From positions 32,001-96,000 of the forward strand of contig CAVZKL010000017.1 of the NCBI GenBank assembly GCA_963775895.1: a stretch of 64,000 nt of DNA, given 5' to 3'. A program made the position numbers and the translations under genes. This DNA comes from Candidatus Bathyarchaeota archaeon (GTDB lineage: Archaea > Thermoproteota > Bathyarchaeia > Bathyarchaeales > Bathycorpusculaceae). The notes under the pieces are model-generated. The model had not been told where the DNA came from and ran no database searches. It saw nothing but the letters and a program-made list of their open reading frames with translations. Shown here in pieces: positions 51,694 to 62,275 of this stretch (position 1 is its first letter; each line of letters begins with the position of its first letter).

Positions 51694-54307
51694 ATGAGCG
51701 GTTCAGAGTTCACCCATAAGAAGGATGCTGAAGACAAAGTTGCATGGTACGAATCGGCAACCATGGAAGAACTTACGAGTCTACCCTATGAAACGATCTT
51801 GGACCGACTGAACACTTCACAAACAGGACTTTCATCGCAGGAAGCAGAAAATCGCCTGCGGATCTACGGTCCCAATCTGCTTGCAAAAAGAAAGAGACGT
51901 ACCGGCTTTGTAGAGTTCCTTTACCATCTCAGGAATCCTTTGGTCTTTATACTGCTCTTTGCTGGGCTGATTTCCGGTATACTGGGCGAAGTCCCAGCCG
52001 CAACGATAATCTTCATCATAGTCCTCCTGAGTGTCTTCTTGGATGTTTACCAGGAATCAAAGGCTCAGCAGTCAGCTGAACTTCTGAGAAAGAAAGTTCT
52101 TACCACCGCCACCGTTGTAAGAGATGGAGCAAGAAAGGAAGTCAGCCTCACTGACGTGGTTCCGGGTGACATACTTTATCTCTCTGCTGGGGACGTTGTC
52201 CCAGCTGACTCGAGAATCATCAACTCAAAAGACTTGTACGCAGACCAGTCGGCGCTCACTGGCGAGTCTTTTCCTGTAGAAAAATTCCCAACGCCTCGTT
52301 ACGACAAAGAGTGAATCACTGACCGAAGCTGACAACCTGCTTTTCTTGGGAACCTCTATAGTGAGTGGAACAGGAAATGCCGTAGCGGTAAGGACAGGAA
52401 CCGCGACTGAGTTTGGGAAAATCGCAAAACGACTTGCTGGGAGGGAACCCGAGACAGAGTTTGAACGAGGTCTCAGAAGATTCGGTCTTCTCCTGACGCA
52501 GGTCGCGTTGGTTCTCGTGATATTCGTGTTTTTCATCAACGCGCTCTTCAAACGTGGAGTCTTGGATTCACTTCTTTTCGCTGTGGCTCTGGCAGTCGGG
52601 TTGACGCCTGAACTATTGCCGATGATTATCTCGGTTAATCTTTCGAAAGGTGCACTTGCCATGTCCAAGAAGAATGTGATTGTGAAGCGCTTGGCTTCCA
52701 TCCAGAACTTGGGGAACATGGATGTTTTGTGCACCGACAAAACAGGCACTCTGACAGAGAACAAGATCAACCTCGAGCTGGCCGTGGACGTTGAAGGGAA
52801 GGATTCGGATAAAACGCTTTTTTACGCGTTTCTAAACAGCAACTTCGAGACCGGACTGAGAAACCCTCTTGATGATGCAATACTCAAATACAAACATCTC
52901 GATGTGACTGGCTATGAGAAATTTGATGAGGTGCCGTTTGATTTCAATCGAAGACGAGTTTCAGTTGTCTTCAACTATCAAAAACAACGCATCATGATTA
53001 CCAAAGGAGCGGGTGAAGAGATTATTCGCGTTTGCTCTCATTTCGAACATGAGAACGAAGTGCTCGACCTGACGGTCGAGCAAGAGAAAAAGATAGAGAA
53101 CGACTATCACAAATTGAGTTCACAAGGGTTCAGGGTGCTGGGAGTTGCCTATCGGCTGGTTGAGGAGAAGCCGAATTATTCAATAGTGGATGAGAAAGAA
53201 ATGGTGTTTCTCGGTTTCATTGCGTTCATGGACCCTCCAAAAGAAACTGCCATGGAGTCCCTGCGCCTCTTGAATCAAGCCGGTATTGAACTGAAGATTT
53301 TGACCGGGGACAACGAACTGGTCACGAGAAAGGTATGTCAGCAAATCGGGTTTGAGGTTACAAATGTCGTCCTGGGAGGCGACGTTGCCAAGCTTCAAGA
53401 CAGTGCTCTTGCAAGGATCGTTGAAGAGACGAATGTTTTTGCGAGAGTCAGCCCAGCCCAGAAGGACAGAATTATGAGCGCTTTAAGGCACAACAAGCAC
53501 GTGGTCGGTTTCATTGGAGACGGAATTAATGACGCAACTTCTTTGCGGGCCGCTGATGTGGGAATATCTGTTGAAAACGCGGTCGACGTGGCTAAAGAGT
53601 CAGCAGACATTATTCTGTTACGGAAAGATTTGAAAGTGCTTAATGCCGGAGTGATGGAGGGCCGGAAGACCTTCGGTAACACGATGAAGTACATATTGAT
53701 GGGGATCAGCTCAAATTTCGGGAACATGTTCAGCGCCGCTGGAGCCTCGTTGTTCCTGACTTTCTTGCCGATGCTTCCTACCCAAATTCTTCTGAACAAC
53801 CTCATGTACGATCTCTCCGAATTAGCCATCCCCACCGATAACGTTGATCAAGAGTACATCGAGAAACCCAAGAAACTCGATACCACGTACATCAGAAACT
53901 TCATGCTCTTCTTCGGACCAATCAGCTCCATCTTCGATTTTCTGACATTCTTCATAATGATATACATATTCGGTGGCTACGCCCACTTTGATATGCTTTT
54001 CCAGACGGCGTGGTTCATCGAGTCACTTTGCACGCAAACCCTCGTCATTTTTGTTATCAGAACGAGAAGATCCCCGTTCTTCCGAAGCAGACCGAGTAAG
54101 TCTCTGTTGTTCGCCAGCTTAACTGTCGTCGCCGCAGCTCTGATACTTCCATTTACGCCACTGGTCTCATTGTTTGGGTTCGTAACGCCTCCGCTCGCTT
54201 TCTATGGATTCTTGGCTGCGTTCGTCGTGAGTTACCTGACTATGGTAGAAACACTGAAGGTATGGTTCTACAGACGATATGCTGGCCGCCTAGAACAGTG
54301 TGCCTAG
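51694..54307 (+). CDS. mgtA: Magnesium-translocating P-type ATPase (frameshift near 52305)
   Basis: TGES, GLTPELLP, DKTGTLT, TGDN, GDGIND, SSNFGN and FQTAWFIES motifs. Confidence 0.9.
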
Positions 54308-54462
54308 TGGTGTGAAGAAGGTCGGCTTTCTCCTGTGGAACAATGATGATCGGTGGGTCAGAGATCGGAGAACTCGAACAAATAACTCTGGAGGCGCTAC
54401 CACCAACGAATTGCACTGCTATATCCAGGGTTCAGTTTGCATTGTTCTTGTTCGCATCGAGA

Positions 54463-54783
54463 CTATTCGGTCCATGAAAAAGCACATTTGCTGCATCTGA
54501 AATGTTCGATGGTTCTCTCTTGCCGAACGCCCGCGTGTTCACCTAGAACATCCGAAAACCAATGGAACGCCACCTTGTTTCCACATTGGGGGCACACGCG
54601 CGAGATTTTCGAATAGCTTTCGGCCGAATCGCTTGATACGTAGATGCCATCGGACCCATTCTCCTGCTTCTTCTTTTCCAGCTGAAGTTCAGGCTTGGCC
54701 CTAACCATGTTCTGGCATTTCGGACACAGAAGTCCTTCTTTCGTAATGATCATGCGGGAACCGCATTTCTCGCAGAATTCCAT
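54463..54783 (-). CDS. Transcription factor S (TFS/RpoM) paralogue with a non-canonical catalytic loop
   Basis: MEFCEKCG..CPKC linker CPQCGN..FRCSKCAFSWTE; lacks QTRSADE. Confidence 0.8.
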   Translation of the reverse strand: MEFCEKCGSRMIITKEGLLCPKCQNMVRAKPELQLEKKKQENGSDGIYVSSDSAESYSKISRVCPQCGNKVAFHWFSDVLGEHAGVRQERTIEHFRCSKCAFSWTE

Positions 54784-54926
54784 GCCGACTCACGTGGGTG
54801 TTCAGTATATAAGACGCAGAAGTCTCTACTATAGCTTTCCAAACAAGCCTATTCAGTCTTCAGTTTTTCAAAAGAGAAGTCTACGTAAAGACAGATGGAA
54901 AAATCGGTTGCGCAAGCGGCTTTTCT

Positions 54927-55448
54927 TTAGGGTACTCTTTCAAAGGCTTTCTTCGATGCGCCACAGATCGGGCAGTTCTCTGGAGCCTCGCGTTCATGAA
55001 CGTGGCCGCAGACTGTGCACACATAGTATTCTGTGGAGCGTTGTGCAATCAAATCGGTGAGGGCTCTCTTGTAGAGATTGGCATGCTCAGCTTCAACGTC
55101 TCGCGCCTGTGAAAAGACCAATTCTGCCTTTTCCTCTCCGTCCTGTTCTGCATCTTGCAGCATTCTGAGATAATGAACGCCGTTAACTGCGTTCTCAGAC
55201 TGGAATGCTGTCTCAAGGTTCGTTTGTGTGTCTGAAACCGATTCAAGAAGGCCGAAGTGTCTCCGCGAATGGACTCCTTCAGCCGCAGCAACAGCTCTGA
55301 AAAGATGAGCTATTTGTGGCAGTTCCTCTTCTTCGGCTTTCTTGGCAAACATCAGAAGCCGTTGATAAGCTTTGGCTTCACCCACGAACGCGTCGTGCAC
55401 GTTATTTGCTGTTCTCTCTTTCATGGGGTCGTTCACCTTATCATTCAA
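54927..55448 (-). CDS. rbr: Rubrerythrin
   Basis: AFVGEAKA, EGVH, EAEH and a C-terminal CTVCG..CPICG rubredoxin domain. Confidence 0.9.
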   Translation of the reverse strand: MNDKVNDPMKERTANNVHDAFVGEAKAYQRLLMFAKKAEEEELPQIAHLFRAVAAAEGVHSRRHFGLLESVSDTQTNLETAFQSENAVNGVHYLRMLQDAEQDGEEKAELVFSQARDVEAEHANLYKRALTDLIAQRSTEYYVCTVCGHVHEREAPENCPICGASKKAFERVP

Positions 55449-55597
55449 TATCGTTTAATGAGGAATTCTTTAAGTTTTTGCATAAGTCATAACTGCCAGT
55501 TCCGTACGTCTTACGTCGTCGCTTAATGCTTGCGGTAACTGGTGTTTTCCAGTCATGTTGTTAGAAATGGAAAGTCGTTCTGACCGCATTCTTCAAT

Positions 55598-55802
55598 CTA
55601 GTCGTATTTTTTTAGCCTGATCATCTTCCTGTAGTGTCGCAGATCTGAAGCGACTCGTTTGAGAACGTAGAGTTCTTCCATCGTTTTCTGGAAGTTTGTA
55701 AACTCCTCGTATATTCTGTCTACCGCGGTGTCTCTCTGTTCCATTGCTTCTGTCTCCGGGTTCTATGGTGCTGAGGGTGTTCATTGTTAGTTGGCTGACC
55801 AC
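55598..55802 (-). CDS. Small helical hypothetical protein (frameshifted)
   Basis: Frame MEQRDTAVDRIYEEFTNFQKTMEELYVLKRVASDLRHYRKMIRLKKYD* looks coding. Confidence 0.4.
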
Positions 55803-55978
55803 TCAACCATTTTCCGTCACTGAGGAGAAAGGAGAAGGCTTCGAGAACGGAAAAAAATTCGTATTGGTCTTGTGGTATGCCTTCAACCTCGGCCCTCCAG
55901 CACATCGTAAGACTTAAGAGTCAAGTCTACTATAAAAAGCTTGTTAAACAATAAAACATGTGCTCTTTGCAGCTGATT

Positions 55979-56569
55979 CTAACCTATGGCCAGTATGCCT
56001 TCCAGTATCTTCTTCTCCGGAACGTCCAGCTGTTTGGAAAGCCACATCTTTAACAACGCCGTTTCCTTCGGAAGCGGCCCGCTGTAGGTTATAATCTGGT
56101 TGTCTTTGACTGCGTCAACTTGGAACAGTTTCTCCTGTTCCCGGTACATGAATGACAACGTCTGCGCTTGAGAAGCTATACTTTGGAAGTCTTCCCAGAT
56201 TTTGCACCTCAAAATGACAGGAGGCCCCCGTGTTTCCTTGACTTCCAAATCTTGGGTCCTTGATCTTGACATTGGTGGGGGCGAGATCTGGGCTGGCGTC
56301 TGCAAAGCTTGCTGCGGCGTTGGCAATTGTTCACGAGAAGCTGAAAGATGAGTGATTAGATTAGTTATCTCGTTCTGCAGAGTTGACAGACGTTCTTCAA
56401 CTTTCTCGACCTTCCCACTGAGTTCGCCTGTGTCACCCATCCTCTCGGTTATCGTACCGAGCTCATTAATGAGTCTGTCAAGGTCTTTTTCATGCTCCTT
56501 CAGGACGTTTACGATGAAATCTAACGCTTCGAGTGCTTCGTCCTTCGATGGGATCTTCCTAGACATCAC
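55979..56569 (-). CDS. Hypothetical coiled-coil protein with a C-terminal globular domain
   Basis: Heptad repeats over roughly residues 10-75, a P/Q-rich linker and an alpha/beta C-terminal domain. Confidence 0.75.
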   Translation of the reverse strand: MMSRKIPSKDEALEALDFIVNVLKEHEKDLDRLINELGTITERMGDTGELSGKVEKVEERLSTLQNEITNLITHLSASREQLPTPQQALQTPAQISPPPMSRSRTQDLEVKETRGPPVILRCKIWEDFQSIASQAQTLSFMYREQEKLFQVDAVKDNQIITYSGPLPKETALLKMWLSKQLDVPEKKILEGILAIG

Positions 56570-56750
56570 TGCATCTCCGCTGTTTCGCTCACCCTATAAC
56601 GTGCGAGCTTTATAAATAAACTTAGCGAATCCTCAAAATGTATCGTTGTGACGCGCTTTCTATCCTTATTGGGAATCATGTGCAACAAATCGTAATGTTT
56701 CGCAGGGGTTCAATGGGAGAGTTAAAATATCAGTCCTCCAAAGACTCTAG

Positions 56751-58191
56751 GTGCTCGGAAGGCCTCTTATGCATGGAATGCTGAATTTTTCGCAAAAGGA
56801 AGAGGTTCTCAAATTCATCTCAGAAAACAACTGTAAGATATTGAACCTCTGCCACATTCCTGAAGAAGGTCGATTGAAAGTTCTGAGTTTTTCCACCGCC
56901 GACAGAGATCGAGTCAAGGAGGTGTTGGAATATGGGGAACGGGTTGATGGGTCAAGCCTGTTCTCCTTCATTGAACCTGGCAGAAGTGACATCTATATCT
57001 CGCCGCGCATCACTCGGGCTTTTGCAGATCCGTTCGCAATCCTGCCAACGTTGAACGTTCTGTGCGATTATCTTGATGAGAATGGAAAGCCGCTGGACAT
57101 CGCGCCGCAGACTGTGCTGGCAAGAGCTGAGACTACGCTGAAGGCTTCAACCAACGTTGCTTTGAAAGCTTTGGCCGAACTCGAATTCTATATAATGGCG
57201 AGGATGCAGACTGAATCACTCTTTCAAGGTCTGCCCGACAAGAACTATCATGAGTGTTCTCCCTTTTCAAAGTTCGAAGAAATTCGAAACGAAATATTAG
57301 CAACACTTGCCGTCATAGGTATCCCCACAAAATACGGACACAGTGAAGTGGGCCGAATAACAACCGCGGATGGAGTAACAATTGAGCAACATGAAATCGA
57401 ATTCATGCCCCAGAAGCTCGCTGACATGGCTGAGACAGTAGCCATCTCGAAGTGGACAATCCGCAATGTCTGTCTTAGGCATGGTGTGTCCGCTTCATTT
57501 ATTCCGAAGATCGATTTGAACCACGCTGGTAACGGAATGCATGTGCACCTCTGCGGCTTCAGACGCAACCGCAACGTCATAGTAGATGCAGGCCGAGAGC
57601 TCAGCAAAGAGGGACTCAGCATGATCGGTGGGATACTAAAATTCGCTCCAAGTCTGGCGGCATTTGGGAACCCCACACCCGTCTCGTATCTCCGCATCGT
57701 CGCCAGAAAAGAGTCACCCATGCACATCTGTTGGAGTGCCCAGAACCGCCTAGCCCTGATACGCATACCCTTGTGGTGGAGATTCAGAAAATCATCCGAA
57801 AGAACAGAATCGTGTCGCGAGACGTTTGAGTACAGGGCTCCGGATGCATTTGCCAATCCAAGCCTCTTGCTTTCAGGGTTGACCCTCGCAGTGAAACTGG
57901 GGACTGGAAAACGCGAATGAATCACTGAGAATTGCTGAAGAATTGCATGCACGTTCACTGCGGGCGGAGGAAAAGAAGTTTCGAATCTTGCCCCAGTCAT
58001 GCAGCGAAGCAGCTCAGTATCTTGCGAAAGACAGGAAGCTCTACGAGGTCGACGGCGTCTTTCCAGAAAGGCTCATCGAAACCGTCATTCACAGACTTGA
58101 CGACTACAAAGATCGAAACCTGTTGAGAGAAATGCTCGAAAAGCCAGAAGAACTGCAAAAAGCGATAACACAATACCTACACTACGGATAA
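56751..58191 (+). CDS. glnA: Glutamine synthetase family protein (frameshift near 57900-57945)
   Basis: DGSS, ELEFY, HSEVG, QHEIEF, GNGMHVH, NRLALIRIP and EYRAPD motifs. Confidence 0.85.
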
Positions 58192-58320
58192 CGTAGAAGT
58201 GAAACTGTAGGCATGCATTCTTGCGCGCGTTGGAAAAGAGAGTTCGATATGTACAAAGCAAAGACATGTCCTGAATGTGAGAGCGGTTTTTGTTTACGAA
58301 ACGGACGAAGGAAATAGACT

Positions 58321-58616
58321 GTGATTGAAGAACAACATCCAGACATTTTTTGGCATCGGTTAGTAAAGTACGCTGTGATCACAATGGTTATTCAAGCAGT
58401 TCTTGGAATGTTGCTTTACTCCACCATGTATGGACGAGGACCTCTGTCCTTGCTTTTTCTGATACCTATGACAAATATCGGCTACTTTGGTTATTGCAGA
58501 ACGCTATTAGCTTCAGGCTATGGCCAGCTGCAATGCTGATCGGAAGCTTTTTCATGTTCTTTTTGATTTTTGTCCTTGGGGAAATCACACATCGGTTGAG
58601 GCGAGCTTTTTCATAA
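58321..58616 (+). CDS. Small membrane protein (frameshifted)
   Basis: Hydrophobic segments across two overlapping frames. Confidence 0.45.
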
Positions 58617-58759
58617 ACAAAGAAATGAACGAATTATGAGTGAAGTATCTGATGAGGGTCCTACGTGGAAAAAGTAAGTAGTTCTGCGTGGAATATGCTA
58701 GGGGAAGCTGGAATCCAGTGCGCGCGCACGTATATTTCCTTTTATGATATCATGAGAGA

Positions 58760-59374
58760 TCAAATTAGATCTCTTATTTTTTCAAAAATATCCGATGCCA
58801 ATATCTTGTTTCCACAATGATCGCATTTTGTTTGATTTCCAGATTCAGGCAGCCTAACGGACGCACCACATTCCGGACATTTCATAGTCTGCAACACTAG
58901 ACCGCCCTTAACCATATACTCCCTCAAAGAACCAAAGTCCAACACAACCTGAACGTGCTCTCTTCTTCTCTCTCCTTCAATAGTTGCCAATCGGGCTTCT
59001 GAGGCGCTGTTTATCACACTTTGCCATTGTTCAGGATCTTTGACCGAAAAATCAAGTCTCACTGGAAAATCACTAACAAACCCTTTCTTGACATAAACCA
59101 CAAGTTTCTTTCCCAACATTCCTTCGACAGACGTGCTAGAAACTCCATCCAATGGCAAGTCGAGTGTTACGTAAACTCTCTTCGTGAAGATGCCGCTCTC
59201 ATGCTCAAGAATTAGACGCTTGTTGGTTAGAAACAGATTCCCAAAAACGTCCTTGTGTCTGCAAGTTTCAACGATTATCGTGTGCTCATCATGCTCGAGG
59301 TTAGGCACATTGAAATCCTCACTATCGTCTACATTCAACGCCGCAGTTTGGACAAGCGGGCTTCTTGAATACAA
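58760..59374 (-). CDS. PH-like (bPH/GRAM) domain protein with C-terminal zinc ribbon
   Basis: GNLFLTNKRLILE..LDLPLDGV and CPECGA..CDHCG motifs; start uncertain. Confidence 0.7.
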   Translation of the reverse strand: MYSRSPLVQTAALNVDDSEDFNVPNLEHDEHTIIVETCRHKDVFGNLFLTNKRLILEHESGIFTKRVYVTLDLPLDGVSSTSVEGMLGKKLVVYVKKGFVSDFPVRLDFSVKDPEQWQSVINSASEARLATIEGERRREHVQVVLDFGSLREYMVKGGLVLQTMKCPECGASVRLPESGNQTKCDHCGNKILASDIFEKIRDLI

Positions 59375-59504
59375 AGCCCACTCTTGGACAGCATGCTTCG
59401 CAATAAACTCTCTTGCACGATGGACATTGCCAAGCTCGGGGTTTCATAAAGCCTCCAACTTCCCTTCCGCACTTTGCACAAAACCCCCTAGCCAAATGAA
59501 CCAT
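59322..59504 (-). CDS. 60-aa cysteine-rich zinc finger protein
   Basis: Four CxxC pairs (CAKC, CPSC, CEAC, CPNC). Confidence 0.6.
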   Translation of the reverse strand: MVHLARGFCAKCGREVGGFMKPRAWQCPSCKRVYCEACCPRVGFVFKKPACPNCGVECRR

Positions 59505-59540
59505 CTCTGTGAAGTTCTGTTTTTCCTTAGCGAGATAAGA

Positions 59541-60121
59541 TTATCGGTTTCCCAACATATTATCGATGGAATTGAACTCATCGAGAGACTCTGAAGCGAA
59601 TCTGTGAGAAAGCGAACCTGAGAGTTCTAAGCTAACGCTGACTTCGACTGCGAAGATGTCCTTGCCTTCTTGCCAATAATCATCACTACTAATATTCCAG
59701 TCGTGAGCAGCGACAGCAGGATAATTGGTGAAAACTCCGGAACAGCCCCATATCTTGTTCAATGATTGCATTATAGCCTTCAAGGTTTGCCACGCGAAAC
59801 TTCAAGTAGAACTCGCCTTGTCGATTATGAATATATGTCGTGCCGACTTGTGGTTGTATTGCCATATTCGGTTATTACGCCTATTAAACTGGCTTCGTTT
59901 CTTGAATAGACGTAGATATTGAAGACTGCAATCTCTGGAATGGTTGAGTTTGGCTTATAGTTCCAGTTTATTCGCCATTCAGCATGGTCACAAATGAAAT
60001 AGTTGGTTGTATAATCCCCAGAGCCTGTAAATCGTGTTACCTCACTCCAAGGGACAGCCCAAGCAAAGTTGGAGCTTAAAAGGAAAAGCATAAGGATAGA
60101 ACAGAGAATACTACTCCTCAA
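59541..60121 (-). CDS. Secreted hypothetical protein (frameshifted)
   Basis: Signal peptide followed by a beta-rich WSEVTRFTGSG.. domain. Confidence 0.45.
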
Positions 60122-60356
60122 TTGACATCAGCAATTATATCTATTCTCAAAAACTTTTATGTCTTATCTATTTTCTATTATGATATTTCAGCCAAATGGA
60201 ACATTGCTATAGACAATAAGTAAATAGACTTTGGCAGTTCTGTGCGGAACTACTTCAACCCAGCATTAATCACCGATCTGAAAAAGGAGTGCTGAAAGGC
60301 ATAGCAGAGTTAACTGTTACTTAATTTTTAACGCGTGCACCGAGCCGAGTTTGCAG

Positions 60357-60674
60357 TTAATATCCTTTGTTCCTATCTGATGAATCCAGCAAGTAACAGG
60401 ATACCCAGAGTGAGGAATAATATCGCAATCAATAGAAGCATTATTGAAATTCCAGTTTGTTTTCTACTTGTGGGAAGCGGCTCTAAATGGATTTGAATAA
60501 GTCACACGCCCACGCATGTACTGCACACTAAAAAACGCCATGACCAGTGCCAAAAATGAGGAAGAAGCCTGCAATCAGATAGTTGTACCATCCCAAGTAG
60601 GCTAGAATTCCCAGGATAATTATTGTTAGGGCAGAGAGAAACCAACTAGCCAATCTGTCGAGTATAGAGCCCAT
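60357..60674 (-). CDS. Small membrane protein (frameshifted; not in ORF track)
   Basis: MGSILDRLASWFLSALTIIILGILAYLGW.. ending ..SMLLLIAILFLTLGILLLAGFIR. Confidence 0.45.
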
Positions 60675-60953
60675 TGGCTTCCCAATTCTACAGGCTATTT
60701 AATGTAATAAGAATGTTTGCCTCTGGCGACTCGAACAGATCCCGCGCACGCTCGTATGAACTCTTCTATTTCCCTCCTTTCTAGCTCTTTTCACTTCCCT
60801 CCTTTTTTCTATTTATTAGGTTAATACCAGGAATTATTTGAGCGCGCGCGTTGAATACTGCCCTATTAGAAAGATTTTTCTATATTCCACAAGAAACACA
60901 AACCGAAAGCTCTATTAACTTTCTTACTCGAGGTTCTTTTCCGAAAGAAACTC

Positions 60954-61031
60954 GGGCGGGTAGATCAGCCTGGTATGATCGCCACGTTGGCATCGTGGAG
61001 GTCCCGGGTTCAAATCCCGGCCCGTCCACCA
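60954..61031 (+). tRNA. tRNA-Ala(GGC), CCA encoded
   Basis: GGGCGGG/CCCGTCC acceptor stem with G3:U70; CCACG-TTGGCAT-CGTGG anticodon arm. Confidence 0.95.
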
Positions 61032-61042
61032 AGAAACTTGTA

Positions 61043-62179
61043 CTACTCTAGAACGAAGATGTTCCTTTTGCGGCTCATTTCTCTAAGTATCTTAGGCCAC
61101 ACGGTGACGCTAACTTCGCCTAAATGTGCCTTTTTGAGTATCGCCATCTGAGTCCGTGATTGTCCTATGCCTCCGCCGATGCTGAGCGGTATCTCGTTTT
61201 TGATTATGGCTTGATGGTACGGGTATCTGAGAAAGTCAAGCTGTCCTGTCATCTTGAGTTGTATTTTGAGCGTCTCGGCGTTAACGCGTATGCCCATCGA
61301 TGACAACTCGTGACGCCGTTTTGTTACAGGGTTCCAGACGAGTATGTCACCGTTTAGTCCGTGCATAGGTTTGCCGTCCCTGGATTTTGTCTCGGTGACC
61401 CAGTCGTCGTAATCAGCGGCTCTCATTTCATGTGGATATCCATCTTTGAGCGTCCAGCCGATTCCGTAGATGAAGATGCCCGGATATTCCTGCAAGATCT
61501 TTGTCTCGCGTTGTTTCCGTGGAAGATTCGGATATTTGTCAAGGATGTCTTCAGCGTGTATAAACGTAAGTTTTTCAGGTAGATCGGGATACTTGTCCGT
61601 CTTGAGTTGTGGAAAGATTTTTTGGACGTGTTTCTCAGCGCCCTTGATGACCTTCCAGATTTTCTTCACAGTTTCAGTGAGGTACGCCAGGTTGCGGTCC
61701 TTCTCCGTTATTGCTTTCTCCCAATCCCATTGGTCTACGTACGCGCTGTGGTCATGGTCTAGAAAGTAGTCTTTTCTTACGGCGCGCATGTCGGTGCACA
61801 GACCTTCGCCTGGTTTCATGCCGAACTGTTTCAAGGCCATGCGCTTCCATTTTGTGGCAGCTTGAACAACCTGGGCATCTACTGGATGCTTGTCATAATC
61901 ATTAGAAATGTGAAATTGGATCGGGGTGCGCGAGCCATCGCGGTCTAGGAGGTCATTGACGCCGCTTTCAACATCGACGATAAGGGGAACTTGGACCATG
62001 ATCAAGTCGAGCTCCTTGCACAGGTACTTCTCGATATAGTTCTTGACGGCGAAAATGGCGATCTGCGTATCCTTCGGGTTTAATATGGACTTGTAGTCTC
62101 TTGGAAGAACCTTCTCGAGTTCATCGTAACTACCGATTCCGGGACCAGCCAAATCGGCTTTCTTTTCTGACATCGTCAT
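61043..62179 (-). CDS. asnA: Aspartate--ammonia ligase (asparagine synthetase A)
   Basis: KWKR, HSAYVDQWDWEK, RAADYDDW, ELSSMGIRV and SIGGGIGQSR motifs. Confidence 0.92.
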   Translation of the reverse strand: MTMSEKKADLAGPGIGSYDELEKVLPRDYKSILNPKDTQIAIFAVKNYIEKYLCKELDLIMVQVPLIVDVESGVNDLLDRDGSRTPIQFHISNDYDKHPVDAQVVQAATKWKRMALKQFGMKPGEGLCTDMRAVRKDYFLDHDHSAYVDQWDWEKAITEKDRNLAYLTETVKKIWKVIKGAEKHVQKIFPQLKTDKYPDLPEKLTFIHAEDILDKYPNLPRKQRETKILQEYPGIFIYGIGWTLKDGYPHEMRAADYDDWVTETKSRDGKPMHGLNGDILVWNPVTKRRHELSSMGIRVNAETLKIQLKMTGQLDFLRYPYHQAIIKNEIPLSIGGGIGQSRTQMAILKKAHLGEVSVTVWPKILREMSRKRNIFVLE

Positions 62180-62275
62180 GCTTTATCAGATCTTTTACAC
62201 AACAGCATTGCACGTGCGCTATAAATCTTTGTTGCCTCTGTTCATTCCGTAGGCATGCTTCTCAGAATCTGGTCC

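Noticed and set aside
52306-52346. TGA in mgtA as selenocysteine or readthrough
   Set aside because: The downstream homology is in a different frame; an extra A in a homopolymer explains the break
57248-58000. Long antisense ORFs (also 1038..1640, 6767..7303, 39780..40310, 52225..52770)
   Set aside because: Shadows of well-supported genes on the opposite strand, with no recognisable motifs
60929-60954. Hairpin directly upstream of tRNA-Ala suggesting a split or permuted tRNA leader
   Set aside because: The tRNA is complete and intron-less; the palindrome overlaps the probable promoter and has no further support
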